This document shows, piece after piece, positions 39,672-50,225 of a stretch of DNA of 64,000 nucleotides. The first letter of the stretch is position 1, and every line of letters starts with the position of its first letter. The DNA comes from Alphaproteobacteria bacterium. Lineage in GTDB: Bacteria > Pseudomonadota > Alphaproteobacteria > SP197. Below the pieces are notes generated by a model. That model saw only the letters and a program-made list of their open reading frames with translations. It was not told the DNA's origin and searched no databases. Made by a program: the position numbers and the translations under genes. The stretch is taken from positions 1,728,001 through 1,792,000 of the forward strand of contig OZ219747.1 of NCBI GenBank assembly GCA_964291265.2. Reading direction: 5' to 3'.

Positions 39672-39995
39672 CGGAAGCTCTGTCCGTCACCGCCCTTTCG
39701 ATTGCGGGCGGGTTCGCATTTCTCCCATAGGCCACGTTTTCAACAGCCCCCTGAAATTCCGTACGTCCGGTTCCCGGGTACGGCTTCAAGCATCAGGCAC
39801 CCGCAGGAGTTCGGTGCGGTGCTTTCCGCCGGACATGCCACGGTCAAGGCTGACCCAACCTTAACCCACGGCGTCTCCTGAGCGTTTTCTCCGTCCTTGT
39901 CGCCCGCGGTGCGATTGCTGTCCGCATTGAGCTGTACTCCTTCCACAGGTGGAGGGAAACGGGGCCAGCGTTCCTCTCCCTCTGGAGCGCCGACC
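39672..39995 (-). ncRNA. ORF-less, 5'-truncated group II intron remnant (late domain I to proximal domain VI)
   Basis: Domain V GAAGCCGTACCCGGGAACCGGACGTACGGAATTTC (39753-39787) with AGC triad, then G-run and extended domain VI with GCAATCGAAAG; no RT ORF; 5' limit approximate. Confidence 0.78.
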
Positions 39996-40191
39996 GCGCC
40001 ACCCCGCTCACGGCCAGACTCCGCCTCTCGGTGGCGCCGGGCGGTGTGACAGAGCCGGTGGATGGCAGCTCCTGCGGCGGCTATGTAAACCGGCTGGTGC
40101 GTCCTCCCCAGTTGAAGGCTCGCGCTGTTGTCTTGATTGCATCGCAGTCGCCGATAGAATGCAGCCAGCCGGCGTCCGGGTGAATAGGGGC

Positions 40192-40437
40192 ATGGCGAGC
40201 ATCACGATCCGCAATCTCGATGAAGACGTGAAGACGCGGTTGCGTGCAAGGGCCGCGAAGCACCATCGCTCGATGGAGGAAGAGGCGCGCATCATCCTGC
40301 GCGATGCGGTGAACGGCGGGCGGGCCGCGCCCCGGAACCTCGCGAAATTCGCCCGCGAATGCTTCGCGCCGTTGGGCGGCGTCGAGATTGTGCTTCCCAC
40401 GCGGGCCGCAATGCGCGAGCGAGCCGACTTTTCCTGA
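40192..40437 (+). CDS. FitA-like RHH antitoxin
   Basis: MASITIRNLDEDVKTRLRARAAKHHRSMEEEARIIL. Confidence 0.88.
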   Translation: MASITIRNLDEDVKTRLRARAAKHHRSMEEEARIILRDAVNGGRAAPRNLAKFARECFAPLGGVEIVLPTRAAMRERADFS

Positions 40438-40447
40438 GCCGCACGGA

Positions 40448-40715
40448 ATGCATATCATGGACACCAATGTGGCCTCCGAGCTGATGCGGCCTTCACCGGT
40501 TCCCGCCGTCTCGGCGTGGATTGTCGGTCGGGACAGCGAAGAGCTGTACCTGTCGGTCGTGAGCGAGTCCGAGCTTTGGTACGGTGTCGCGATCGTGCCG
40601 GCGTTCCGCCGGACGTCCGATCGCCCGCTCGCGCGGCATGGCGGTGGCGGTCCGCAATGTGCGCGACCTCGAGGATACCGGCATCGAGATTGCCGATCCC
40701 TGGACGGCGGCATGA
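40448..40715 (+). pseudogene. FitB/VapC PIN toxin, internally deleted
   Basis: DTNVASELMRP...SELWYG then a jump to IARSRGMAVAVRNVRD...DPW in another frame. Confidence 0.82.
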
Positions 40716-41079
40716 GCGGCACGACACAAGCCATTGTCCGCGTGAAGGTCGACAAGCCGTTAAAGGACGCGGTCTGGAACCTGACTTACGGTTCGAACGT
40801 GCCGTTCGAACACGCGTTGCCGGACGGAGTACAGACCGACTATGTTCCCTGCGGTCGGCAGGGTCCGTCCATAACGGCCAAGCGCGTGGGCGTTCATCCC
40901 ATCCCAGCACAGGACCGGGGATGACAACATTGCGAACAGCGCCGCGCACCTTTCGTGTTCCTGTCGAACGGCGAGGAGGCGCGTTCCTCCTTGCTACCGT
41001 CCGAGGCCAGGGAGCACGAACGCGCGACGATCAGGATTGGGGAGTTGTCGTGATGACGCGGGTGTTGGCAGGGCTCATT

Positions 41080-41350
41080 CTGGCCCCGGCCAATGTGGGA
41101 ACGGATCAAGAGCCCGATCTCAAGCTTCGCGCGCGGCAGAACGTCATTCTTGAGCCGGGGCATCTGTCTCGGGATGCTCGGCCAGAGACGTGCCTGCGTC
41201 CTTGTCGAAGGAGATATGGAAATACCCGCCGATTGCGACGGAGTTGTTTACACCACGCTGGACGATGCAACCGTCTGGAAGATAAGACTTGTTCAGGAAT
41301 CGAGGGCCGCCGGCCTTGATGTCGACGCCAACAGAATAGTTTCGCCATGA
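41080..41350 (+). pseudogene. TIR-like nucleotide-binding domain remnant
   Basis: RARQNVILE then a frameshift to GMLG...EIPADCDGVVY...WKIRLVQE. Confidence 0.72.
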
Positions 41351-41652
41351 ATACGCAACTGTCTATCCCCAAATCCGAGCTGGCTGAGTTCTGCAAGGAG
41401 CATGGCATCCGGCGTCTGGCAGTTTTCGGCTCGGCGTTACGGGCGGATTTCGGCCCCGAGAGCGACCTTGACTTGCTGGTCGAATTTGCACAAGGTCGGA
41501 CCCCCGGATTGTTGGGCATAGCCGGCATGGAGATCGAGTTGTCGTGTCTGTTCGGGGGCCGCAAGGTGGATCTGAGAACTCCGGAAGATCTCAGCCGGTA
41601 TTTCCGCCAGGAAGTCCTCGACGCGGCTGAAGTCCAATATGCGCAAGGATGA
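41347..41652 (+). CDS. MNT-type nucleotidyltransferase antitoxin
   Basis: [27 protein letters not shown]. Confidence 0.9.
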   Translation: MNTQLSIPKSELAEFCKEHGIRRLAVFGSALRADFGPESDLDLLVEFAQGRTPGLLGIAGMEIELSCLFGGRKVDLRTPEDLSRYFRQEVLDAAEVQYAQG

Positions 41653-42001
41653 CGAGATCCGATTGCTGCACATGCTGGATGCCGCGCGGGAAGCGGTGGC
41701 CTTCGCTCGTGGGCGGACGCGCGGCGACCTCGACAATGATCGCCAGCTGGTTCTGGCGCTGGCCAAGGATGTAGAGATCGTCGGCGAGGCAGCAGTCCAG
41801 GTCACCATGCCCACACGCCAGTGTTTCCCGGAAATACCGTGGGAAAAGATCGTCGGAATGCGCAATCGGCTTGTCCATGCATATTTCGACATCAACCTTG
41901 ATATCGTCTGGAATACGGTAATGGGAGACTTGCCGGAACTGATTTCTCTACTCGAATCGATCATTCCGTTCGAGCGTGACCCGACACCGGAGTCGAACTA
42001 G
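41639..42001 (+). CDS. HEPN (DUF86) ribonuclease toxin
   Basis: [21 protein letters not shown] (RX4HXY). Confidence 0.9.
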   Translation: MRKDDEIRLLHMLDAAREAVAFARGRTRGDLDNDRQLVLALAKDVEIVGEAAVQVTMPTRQCFPEIPWEKIVGMRNRLVHAYFDINLDIVWNTVMGDLPELISLLESIIPFERDPTPESN

Positions 42002-42359
42002 TGGCGCGCGACCATCGACCGCCTGATCGTCAGTTCTTCCTGAGGAAAGCCAACGCAGTCGTGGGCTCATGGGCACGTAGCCAGAGTCTGACAGTTGTGT
42101 TTCTGGTCATGGCGAGAAAGTTGTATGCGGGCTTCTTGTGGCTTGTTGGCGATGCGGCGAAACTGCTTGGCCCAACTGGTTCAGTAGAGGCCTCATCATC
42201 GGACGCCTTGGAGATGGTGCTTGTACGGGCAAGGGTCCTTGTACGCGTGGTCTCCACCATTTTCACGGCAAACGGGTGGTCGATGAAGATGTGCGTCGAG
42301 CCGGGGTGATCTTCCAGCGTGCTCCGATTGTCAGGACGACAAATGTTGCGGGCTTGCTG

Positions 42360-43050
42360 AGTTAAGGTCGCTCGAACCCGCTCGCCTTGAAACACGGCGT
42401 CTGGCTGTTCTCGTTGACGATGCGCTCAACATCATCCAACAGCGCCTCTGGGGACCTCCGCATCGATCTCGACGGTGAAGCGAATCTCTACTGCGCGGCA
42501 GCGTCTTCATGTGTTGCAGCATCCCATCCGCCACTCGGTCCATGTCCCGTCCGGCGCGCTCGGCGTCAATTTCGACTGTGCTCAAGAACTTGGGGGCGGC
42601 GTTTTCTGTCTCGCCCTGGTATTGCCGTCTGCGCCCGCTCTCGCAGTGGTGCCGTCGCCGAACGCAGGTCCCGTAGTACCGTCTTCGCCAGCGGCGTAAG
42701 AGTTGGACCACGGCGTCCGCCGCCTGCTGCACCCTTGCCATATCGGCGTTGCGAGCACACTTGGTCGGTCGATGATGACAGAAACGCCATCAGTCAGTCT
42801 CAAGCCGACATATCGGTCCTTGTCCTCGTCGAAGTGACCTGCATGGGCGAAGTTGTCGAATACAGGTTCGCTGATTCCTGCCTGAGCGACCTCCATCAGG
42901 ACTTGAGAATCCCGCAACCGCGCCAGATGCAGGTAGGATGCCAGATACTCCGAGAGCTTCTTCGTCCCGACATGATCTGTATTCTGCCATGGGTAGGTGT
43001 TAAGAGAACGCGCGTGAGGCGCGCGTGTTGATGGCTGGATTTTCGTCAGG
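42360..43050 (-). pseudogene. C-terminal remnant of a DUF499-type AAA+ protein
   Basis: YLASYLHLARLRD, RYVGL, TVEIDAERAGRDMDRVA, VERIVNEN across frameshifts; limits approximate. Confidence 0.62.
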
Positions 43051-43637
43051 AGAGGTTCCTCGTGTGCCAGTTTCCTGGAACAGCGGACCGTCAGCGGGTC
43101 ATGACCCTGAAACCTGCTCACGGACCGTTCGATCTTGCGGCTCTTGGGGTCTGACCGGTGCGGGACAGGCGCTCTGTGCCAAGTCTCGAGAGTACGCGCG
43201 GCGACGGCCTTTTCGAACTCGTCGCGCCTCTCTCGGCCTGCTTGCGCCGAAAGGCGTCGAGGTTCAGATGCTCGTGTTCGTCGGCGATGGACGACTACGC
43301 CATACAGAAGCGAACCGTTTGGCGAGATTGAGGCAGGCACTGTTGGTCTGGTGCGAGGAACACAAGCACATTGCGGGGGATGTGCCGTGCGCCGCCGCGC
43401 ATTCAATGCTCAGTTCGAGAGGTTTCGTCTGCATGGCCCATTTAAAGGAACGCCATCGACCACGATGCCACCGCAACTTTCGCCACCCGCATGTATCAAC
43501 CCCGCCGGACATTCAAGCGCAGAACGGCAGGTCCGCCAGACAGGCCCGACATGGACGGTGGCAGGCTGTTCCGTTTAGCAGGAACCGGGCGAGGGAGAGA
43601 GCCGGCCCTGGTGTTCAGATGTCTGGCGATACCGGCG

Positions 43638-44534
43638 TTACGCGAGACAATCGCAGACCACCTGGTTGTAGGCGGGAGCGTGATCGATCATCCCGGAGCG
43701 GGCATAGGTCGCGATGTTGCGCTTCCAGCGCTCCGGATCGGTGGCGACGGCGTGTTCGAGCCCCGCATCGCCGGCGACAAGAGGGACCATCATCTCGAGA
43801 ATTCGGCGGTTCTCGCAGGCATCCGCGTGTTCCCGTGAATGGGCGGCTACCAGCCGGGCGCACTCGTCAAGGTTGGTCATGGCCTCCCGCCAACCCTCCT
43901 TGCAGGCGGCAAGGAAACGACCGAGGGCCGGACCGTGAGCGTCAGTCATGGTGTCGGTCGTGAACATCATCTGCGCCCAGGGTCGAAGGTGGTCGTGGCG
44001 TATGGGAATGAGGCGCGTTGCGTGTCCGAGGCGCCGAAGTTGGTGGGGTTCCGTCGTGGCATAGCCTTGCACGGCGTCAAAGGTCCCGTCGAGGAGATGG
44101 TCGAGCGTCCAGCCTTCGACCGTGGTTTGCATGGATCCGGAATCGATGCCATGCAGTTCCAGGATTGTTTCCAGGAGATGAACGCCGTCCCGGTGCATGG
44201 CAATCCGTCGCCCGGCGACATCCGCGAGACACTCCATCCCGCGTTGGGGCAGCGTGACGAGGTGGATCGGAGAATCCTGCATTGTCGCACCAATGGCCTT
44301 GATCCCTTGTCCGGCCGCCACGGCACGAACGATGAGATTGTCCTCCATGCATCCGGCACGGCATTCGCCGGCGAGTACGAGATCGAGTGTCGGGGTGTCG
44401 GGGTTCTCCTCCGGTGGCACCAGGCGCACATCGAGGCCCTCCGCGGCAAACAGGCCCTCCTCGCGGGCCCAGAGCAGACCGGCGAACTGACAGTTGACGC
44501 TCCAATCGAGACAGAAGTCGAGAGCAAGGGTCAC
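43638..44534 (-). CDS. NMT1/THI5-like ABC substrate-binding protein
   Basis: LDWSVNCQFAG...GLFAAEGLDV, FDAVQGY. Confidence 0.82.
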   Translation of the reverse strand: MTLALDFCLDWSVNCQFAGLLWAREEGLFAAEGLDVRLVPPEENPDTPTLDLVLAGECRAGCMEDNLIVRAVAAGQGIKAIGATMQDSPIHLVTLPQRGMECLADVAGRRIAMHRDGVHLLETILELHGIDSGSMQTTVEGWTLDHLLDGTFDAVQGYATTEPHQLRRLGHATRLIPIRHDHLRPWAQMMFTTDTMTDAHGPALGRFLAACKEGWREAMTNLDECARLVAAHSREHADACENRRILEMMVPLVAGDAGLEHAVATDPERWKRNIATYARSGMIDHAPAYNQVVCDCLA

Positions 44535-44601
44535 GTCTTCGCCTTTCCCGGCCTGCCGCGATCGGCCGGGAGGTCGCGCGTTGCTGAGAGAGCGGTCGAC
44601 G

Positions 44602-44967
44602 TCATCGCGAGACAGGCTCGAAGTAGATCGCGAGAAACTCGTAGTCATCCGAAGGCCACCCGAAGTAGTGGTCATGGTCGCCCCGGAAGGCTTCCAGGCT
44701 CACAGTGCCGTCGGCGGCCGGATCGCGTTGCCACAGCGCGTCGGGAATCGCTCCCCAGGTACAGAGTTCGACGGCCGTGATCCTGATGCGGCAGCGGGGA
44801 GTCCCGTTGGCGTCGTAAACCGTGTAGACCGCACCGCAGTGGATCGACGTGTTGTGGAAGTCCAGTTCCTCGCTCCACTCAAGTGGTCTGACCGTCGCCG
44901 TCTTGACGCCTTCGATGATCTGTTCGATCAGCACGGAGTCGTTCCATTGCATGCGGTGCTCACCCAT
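44602..44967 (-). CDS. ASCH-domain protein
   Basis: IIEGVKTAT, VYDANGTPRCRIRIT. Confidence 0.78.
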   Translation of the reverse strand: MGEHRMQWNDSVLIEQIIEGVKTATVRPLEWSEELDFHNTSIHCGAVYTVYDANGTPRCRIRITAVELCTWGAIPDALWQRDPAADGTVSLEAFRGDHDHYFGWPSDDYEFLAIYFEPVSR

Positions 44968-45359
44968 CGTTGAAGCACTCCGTGCCGCGTCCGACTGCCT
45001 CATCGCGTTCGGTTCCTAGAAGACGAAGTCTGCCGTGGACAAGGAGCGCCTTCAACCGTCCGGACGAGCCGCCCCAGCCCCCCGCCTTTCCAACCCGGCG
45101 CCGGCTTCGCGGCGCACCATCGTTCTTCACATAGCCGCCTTTCTCGAAACAGCCTGCGCCAGCGCTGGCGAGGCAACCATCGCCGAGACGGATCATGGGG
45201 TGCGTGCCCGTCCAAGCGGCAAGACGGGCGCAGGCGACGTCAGAACCGGGGGCGAACGGAAGGTCTTGTCGCCCTGTCACCGCTTGGCCGCCGACGTCCC
45301 TGTCCGCCCTGCCATCACGCGCCGGCAGCATGCACGGTCACGCCGTGCAACCATGGCGC

Positions 45360-45800
45360 ATGATCTTCCTGTCCTCTCGTCTCCGGGGCCTGCGCCAACT
45401 GTACGAGAGCAATTCGTCCCGGCGCCGAGACAGGATCTGGTGGAACGGGTACGCGGCATCCCGGCCGTGCCGGCACTGGCGCAGACCATGGAGGGTGTCA
45501 TCCGCGAGGCGGGTCCACCGTCTGCCGGGGGGGGGGGCGGAACGAGTGGAACGTTTCCGTCCCGGAAAACCGGCGGATCACCTTCGAGGAACTGGCCGGC
45601 GCAATCACGCGTGTGAATCCGGAGCACCGCCACTGATGACCAGTGGCGGCATCAAGATGGGCATGGCCGCCGCGTTCCGGGATCTTCATGCGGATCGAGG
45701 TCCTCGAGGAGCTGGGGATGAGCGTTTCGGCGGCGGCGCGGATTCACGGCGTAAGCCGGCTGGTGCTTTCGGCCTCAGCCTGGACCCGCTGTCGTGAATG
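45360..45800 (+). pseudogene. Decayed HigB/HigA toxin-antitoxin pair
   Basis: RLRGLRQLYE toxin start; FMRIEVLEELGMSVSAAARI antitoxin fragment. Confidence 0.6.
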
Positions 45801-45928
45801 CAGGCGGGAGCCGACGGGATCGACAATCGGTGACATCAGCCCGCATGACCGCCGGGCGCAGACCCTTGCGTCGTCTGTGCGGCGCGGAGCCCGGTCATGC
45901 ACGAGAGCGTCTCCGCTGTCGAATGACA

Positions 45929-46486
45929 CTACGTCACCGGCGCTCCGAAGAGCGTGCCGTGAAGGGCCGCCAGAAGCCCGGCGACAATCAGGCCGCCGGT
46001 GACGGCAGCGGCATCCATGGTGATGCGAGGCGCTGGCTCCTTGGGCGGGCCCTTGCCTCGCGCCACCGCGCTGACGATCTCAACCACCGCGAACAGTGCG
46101 AAGCCGCCGAACAGCACGATGGAGCGTACGTCACCATTGGAGAGGAGATGAGCGAAGGCCCACAGCAGCAACCCAAGCAGCATCGGATGCCCGACCACGG
46201 CTCGAATGTGGGTGGGCATGTTGGACGCGGCGAACAGCACGAACGCGACAGGCACCAGGACCATCGAGGCTTGATGTCCCCAGGCGGGAGGCTCGTAGAC
46301 CACTTCGATGGGGGAACGCGCGAAGCCCCACACAACGGCCGCCAGGGAGAGCAGCACGACCGCGCTGAACACACCGCGATAGGGAATCGCTCCTATCCGC
46401 TCCACCAGGTTGGCGCGCAATCGCGGGACGCTTGGAATCAGGTGGATTGCGATGAACAGCACGAGACCGGCGACCAACAGTGACAT
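45929..46486 (-). CDS. NnrU-family membrane protein
   Basis: GLVLFIAIH, HPMLLG, WAFAHLLSNGD. Confidence 0.88.
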   Translation of the reverse strand: MSLLVAGLVLFIAIHLIPSVPRLRANLVERIGAIPYRGVFSAVVLLSLAAVVWGFARSPIEVVYEPPAWGHQASMVLVPVAFVLFAASNMPTHIRAVVGHPMLLGLLLWAFAHLLSNGDVRSIVLFGGFALFAVVEIVSAVARGKGPPKEPAPRITMDAAAVTGGLIVAGLLAALHGTLFGAPVT

Positions 46487-46720
46487 GGGTGTGCTCCTTG
46501 GTTCAGTTGTCGGCCACGGTGACCGGACCGACGGATTCCCGCGAGGGTCCCGGGCCGGCGTGGACTGAGTGATCCCGCGCCGATGCTACCAGTCTCTTGT
46601 GCCGTCGTGGCCAGATGCGCGTCAAGCGAGACCGGACAGACGGACCTCTCTCTCGAAGCTGAAAGGAACTGCCTGCGGGCAGTCCAGGCGCTCGACGCCA
46701 AGGCAGGCACCTACAGCGTG

Positions 46721-47710
46721 TCATCTGTGAACGTCCTTCTGCAACCACGCGGTCGGGCTTGACCCGACGATGCGCAGAAACTCGCGGTTGAAGTTGGATC
46801 TTGTCTGGAACCCGGATGAGAGCATGGCCTCCGTGACCGTCTTTCCGTCAAGAAGGGCCGACTTCGCGGCTTCGATGCGGGCCGCGTTGATGAACCGCGA
46901 GACGTTCTCGTCTGTCGAACGGTTGACCGCGGCCGACACCTCCTTGGCCGGGAGGCGCAGCCTGCGCGCCAGTCTCGCCAGGGTGAGATCCGGATCGAGC
47001 CAGGGGCGATCCCTTGCCATCAGCGTCTCGAGGCGTTGCATCACAAGCCTGTCGTCGCCGGAGTGGTCTTCGATCGACGAAGCCGGCCTTCGCGAATCCG
47101 TGACCCGCGCACTCGAGAGACCGAGGACTCCAACGACGAGCAGGTTGGCAAGGGAAGAGACGCTGATGATCCATGGCGTCAGGCGCGGCACCCCGAACTC
47201 CATGGCGACGGCGATCAGCACGTCGGCCATGGCGGACGCGATCAACGCGATCCCGACGATCTGCCAGATCCGCCGGGGCCACTCCCCGGCCTCGAGGATG
47301 GCATGGACCAGGCCGTCGCCGTTGCGCCAGCCGACCCACAGGATCGCGATGCCGTATCCCGCGAACTGCGCCGGTATGAGCACATCGACGGCTGGCGGTT
47401 GGAGAAGCCACGCTGCGGGCACGGCGGCGGTGGCCGCCAGGTGCATCACATCGCGCCATCGGGGATGCCGTCCGGCGGTCATCCGGAAGGCGATCCATGC
47501 GGCGGGTGGAATCAACGTGGCGGTCACGGGTTGAAGCGTCGCCATGGCGCGAAGCCCGTAGTGCTGGTTGAGCGAGATGATCATCGCCTGAACGGCGCAG
47601 AGCCCCAGCAGCGCCGCGAGCGGCCCATGTCTGCGATCAGACAGCACGAGACGCAGGAACATGAAGCCCAGGACAAGCGCAACGACGAGGGGGATGGGAA
47701 GGCTGGGCAT
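46721..47710 (-). CDS. AraC-family regulator with membrane N-terminus
   Basis: Multiple TM segments; DPDLTLARLA, SGFQTRSNFNREF. Confidence 0.9.
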   Translation of the reverse strand: MPSLPIPLVVALVLGFMFLRLVLSDRRHGPLAALLGLCAVQAMIISLNQHYGLRAMATLQPVTATLIPPAAWIAFRMTAGRHPRWRDVMHLAATAAVPAAWLLQPPAVDVLIPAQFAGYGIAILWVGWRNGDGLVHAILEAGEWPRRIWQIVGIALIASAMADVLIAVAMEFGVPRLTPWIISVSSLANLLVVGVLGLSSARVTDSRRPASSIEDHSGDDRLVMQRLETLMARDRPWLDPDLTLARLARRLRLPAKEVSAAVNRSTDENVSRFINAARIEAAKSALLDGKTVTEAMLSSGFQTRSNFNREFLRIVGSSPTAWLQKDVHR

Positions 47711-47827
47711 CAGCGTCGATCCGATGTCTCAAAACCGGTTTCAGGTGACCTTGATCCGGTTCAAGGACGCCGGGCGGCGAGAATTGCAGCATTGAAGGGG
47801 TGTCTCAATCCACACAGGAGATCTTCC

Positions 47828-48844
47828 ATGCGAGTCTTGTCCCTGCTTTTCGTGTTGTCGCTGTTCCCCGCCCTTGCGGCCGAGGCTGATCCGGCAGGGT
47901 ACCGGAAGCTGTCGATCCCGGCACCCCATCACGGACGGATGATGCAGGGGGCCATGTGGTATCCGGCCGGGCAACCCGGACACGAAGTGGAGGTTGCCGG
48001 GAATCCGGTGTTCTTCGGCGTGACCGTTTCCGAAGATGGCACGATGGCCGACGGACAACACCCGCTGGTCATGATGAGCCATGGGCTCGGTGGTCGCGCC
48101 CATTCACTGGCATGGTTGGCTGCAGGTCTTGCCGAGCGCGGAGCCATCGTGATCGCTGTCAACCACCCCAACTCCACCTGGAGAGATTTCGACTGGCGGG
48201 GCATGCTCGATCACTGGACCCGGGTCGAGGATCTCGTTCTCGCGCTCGACTGGGCCCTTGCCGATCCCGGCGTCGCCCCGCACGTGGACCGGGATCGCGT
48301 GATGGCGGCCGGTTTTTCCTATGGCGGCTGGACCGCGCTCTCCATGGCAGGGCTGCGCGGCAACCTTGATGGTTTCGCGGCGTTTTGTCAGGAGTATCGG
48401 GCTCGTTCCTCCGTCTGTCAGGATCTTGACCAGGTCGGGATCAGTCTCGGTGCACTGTCTGCGGAGACCTGGGATGCATCATACAAGGACGACAGGATCA
48501 CCCGCGTCGCCGCCATCGATCCAGGGCTGATCTGGGGACTCGAGAGACGCCACGCCATCGATCTTGTCCATGACGTCACGCTTGTCGGCCTGGGAGAGGG
48601 TGATCACCGTCTTGCCGACACCGATTTCGATGCCAAGGGGCTTGCAGGGTTGTTGCCCGATGCCGACATCCTGCGCCTGACACCGGCAGGTCACTTCTCC
48701 GCCCTTCCACTCTGCCGGCCCGGAGCCGAAGCGATTCTGGAAGCGGAAGGGGAGGATCCTGTCTGCACCGATCCCGACGGCACCGACCGTGCCGGCCTGC
48801 ACGCTGTCATCGTCGACAGACTGGCGGCAGACCTTGATCTGTAG
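47828..48844 (+). CDS. Secreted alpha/beta hydrolase (dienelactone hydrolase-like)
   Basis: Signal peptide, SHGLGG, GFSYGG, GHFS; divergent from the AraC gene. Confidence 0.85.
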   Translation: MRVLSLLFVLSLFPALAAEADPAGYRKLSIPAPHHGRMMQGAMWYPAGQPGHEVEVAGNPVFFGVTVSEDGTMADGQHPLVMMSHGLGGRAHSLAWLAAGLAERGAIVIAVNHPNSTWRDFDWRGMLDHWTRVEDLVLALDWALADPGVAPHVDRDRVMAAGFSYGGWTALSMAGLRGNLDGFAAFCQEYRARSSVCQDLDQVGISLGALSAETWDASYKDDRITRVAAIDPGLIWGLERRHAIDLVHDVTLVGLGEGDHRLADTDFDAKGLAGLLPDADILRLTPAGHFSALPLCRPGAEAILEAEGEDPVCTDPDGTDRAGLHAVIVDRLAADLDL

Positions 48845-48854
48845 CGTGACGTTC

Positions 48855-48882
48855 AGGTCCCCGGCCTCGAGGCCGGGGACCT
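48855..48882. repeat. Perfect 28-bp palindrome (terminator- or REP-like)
   Basis: AGGTCCCCGGCCTC-GAGGCCGGGGACCT just after the hydrolase stop. Confidence 0.75.
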
Positions 48883-49459
48883 TCTCTCTTCCGGGCGCGT
48901 GTCCGGCAGCCTCCGTCGTCGTCTTCATGCCTGCAACAGTCTGATCGATCAGCACAGAGCGCATGCGCCGTTCCACCCTCGTTGACGCACTCCGTGTCGC
49001 GTGTGCGCGGCCGGTCTTCCTCGTGGCGTACGGCTTGCAGAAGGCGCACTTTGCTCGACCACCTGGACCGGACCCGTGAATCCGGCATTCCTTTGTTCCG
49101 CTGCACGCCAGCGACTCGAGCTGGTGATGTCCTCGCGAAGCCCCGGCGGAGCAAACCGCAACGGCCATCGGCAACGAGCCGGGGACCAGGCGTGCAGGAC
49201 AGGCCGGGCCGTCTGCAACGCAATCACTGTTGCAATCGGCGCTTGTCTTGACCTGCCTTCGGCATGGCGAGCCGCAGGCGATCAGAAGGCGTTCGGCTAC
49301 CACGTTCATCCCTGCACGTGCCGGCAGGCAAGAAGCCAGGATGGCCGGGAATGGTGGACGCCGGATTCGTGCCGGCAGTGACCGGCGAGTCCTTCTCCCG
49401 TCGTTGATCGCCGCAGGGCGGGCGCATAGGATCAATGGCGGCTGAAGCGGGCGGGGACC

Positions 49460-50218
49460 ATGACGCATCGCGTGGAGTATGAAGCTTCCCCCAGGCGGGT
49501 GAGGGCAGTGTTGCGGGACGAGACGATCGTCGACAGCACGAACGTCCTTCTGGTGCGCGAGACGGGCCATGTTCCGGTCTACTACTTTCCCCGGGATGAT
49601 GTGGTCATGGAGCAGTTGACCCCCACGGCGAAGAGCACGCATTGCCCGTGGAAGGGGCATGCATGCTACTGGACCATCAATGCCGGCGGCGCGGCGGCAG
49701 AGAATGCGGCCTGGGCCTATCCCGATCCTCTGGAAGAGGCATCGGCGCTGCAGGATCGCATCGCCTTCTACTGGCAGGGTCTCGACCACTGGTACGAGGA
49801 GGACGAGGAAGTCTTCGTCCATGCCCGGGACCCGCGCGTCAGGGTCGACGCGTTGCTGAGCCACCGGCCTGTCGAGGTGATCCATGCCGGCGTGGTGCTG
49901 GCGCAGAGCGACCGGGCGCAGTTCCTTTTCGAAACCGATCTTCCAACCCGTTACTACATTCCGCCAGACGACGTGCGTCGGGACCTCCTTGTCGAATCGC
50001 CGACCACCACGCGCTGTCCCTACAAGGGGGCGGCCACGCACCTTTCGCTCATCATCGATGGCGTTACCCATGACGACATCGCCTGGGTCTATCCCGATCC
50101 GATTCCGGAATGTTTGCGCATCGCCGGTCACATCGCCTTCTACAACGAGCGCGTCGACCGGATCCTGGTGGACGGAAAGCCCGTCGAACTGCCGCAGACA
50201 GCGTGGTCGCGCGGCTGA
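49460..50218 (+). CDS. Tandem DUF427-domain protein
   Basis: Two YY.P..DV / CP(W/Y)KG / AW.YP repeats. Confidence 0.9.
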   Translation: MTHRVEYEASPRRVRAVLRDETIVDSTNVLLVRETGHVPVYYFPRDDVVMEQLTPTAKSTHCPWKGHACYWTINAGGAAAENAAWAYPDPLEEASALQDRIAFYWQGLDHWYEEDEEVFVHARDPRVRVDALLSHRPVEVIHAGVVLAQSDRAQFLFETDLPTRYYIPPDDVRRDLLVESPTTTRCPYKGAATHLSLIIDGVTHDDIAWVYPDPIPECLRIAGHIAFYNERVDRILVDGKPVELPQTAWSRG

Positions 50219-50225
50219 CGGCCGT

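Noticed and set aside
39677-40055. Imperfect inverted repeat GCTCTGTC..CACCGCCC suggesting a MITE
   Set aside because: The left copy is part of intron domain VI and no TSD was found; likely chance or the end of a separate IS
45527-45537. G11 tract as a phase-variation switch
   Set aside because: It lies in a multiply broken higB remnant; changing tract length would not restore the gene
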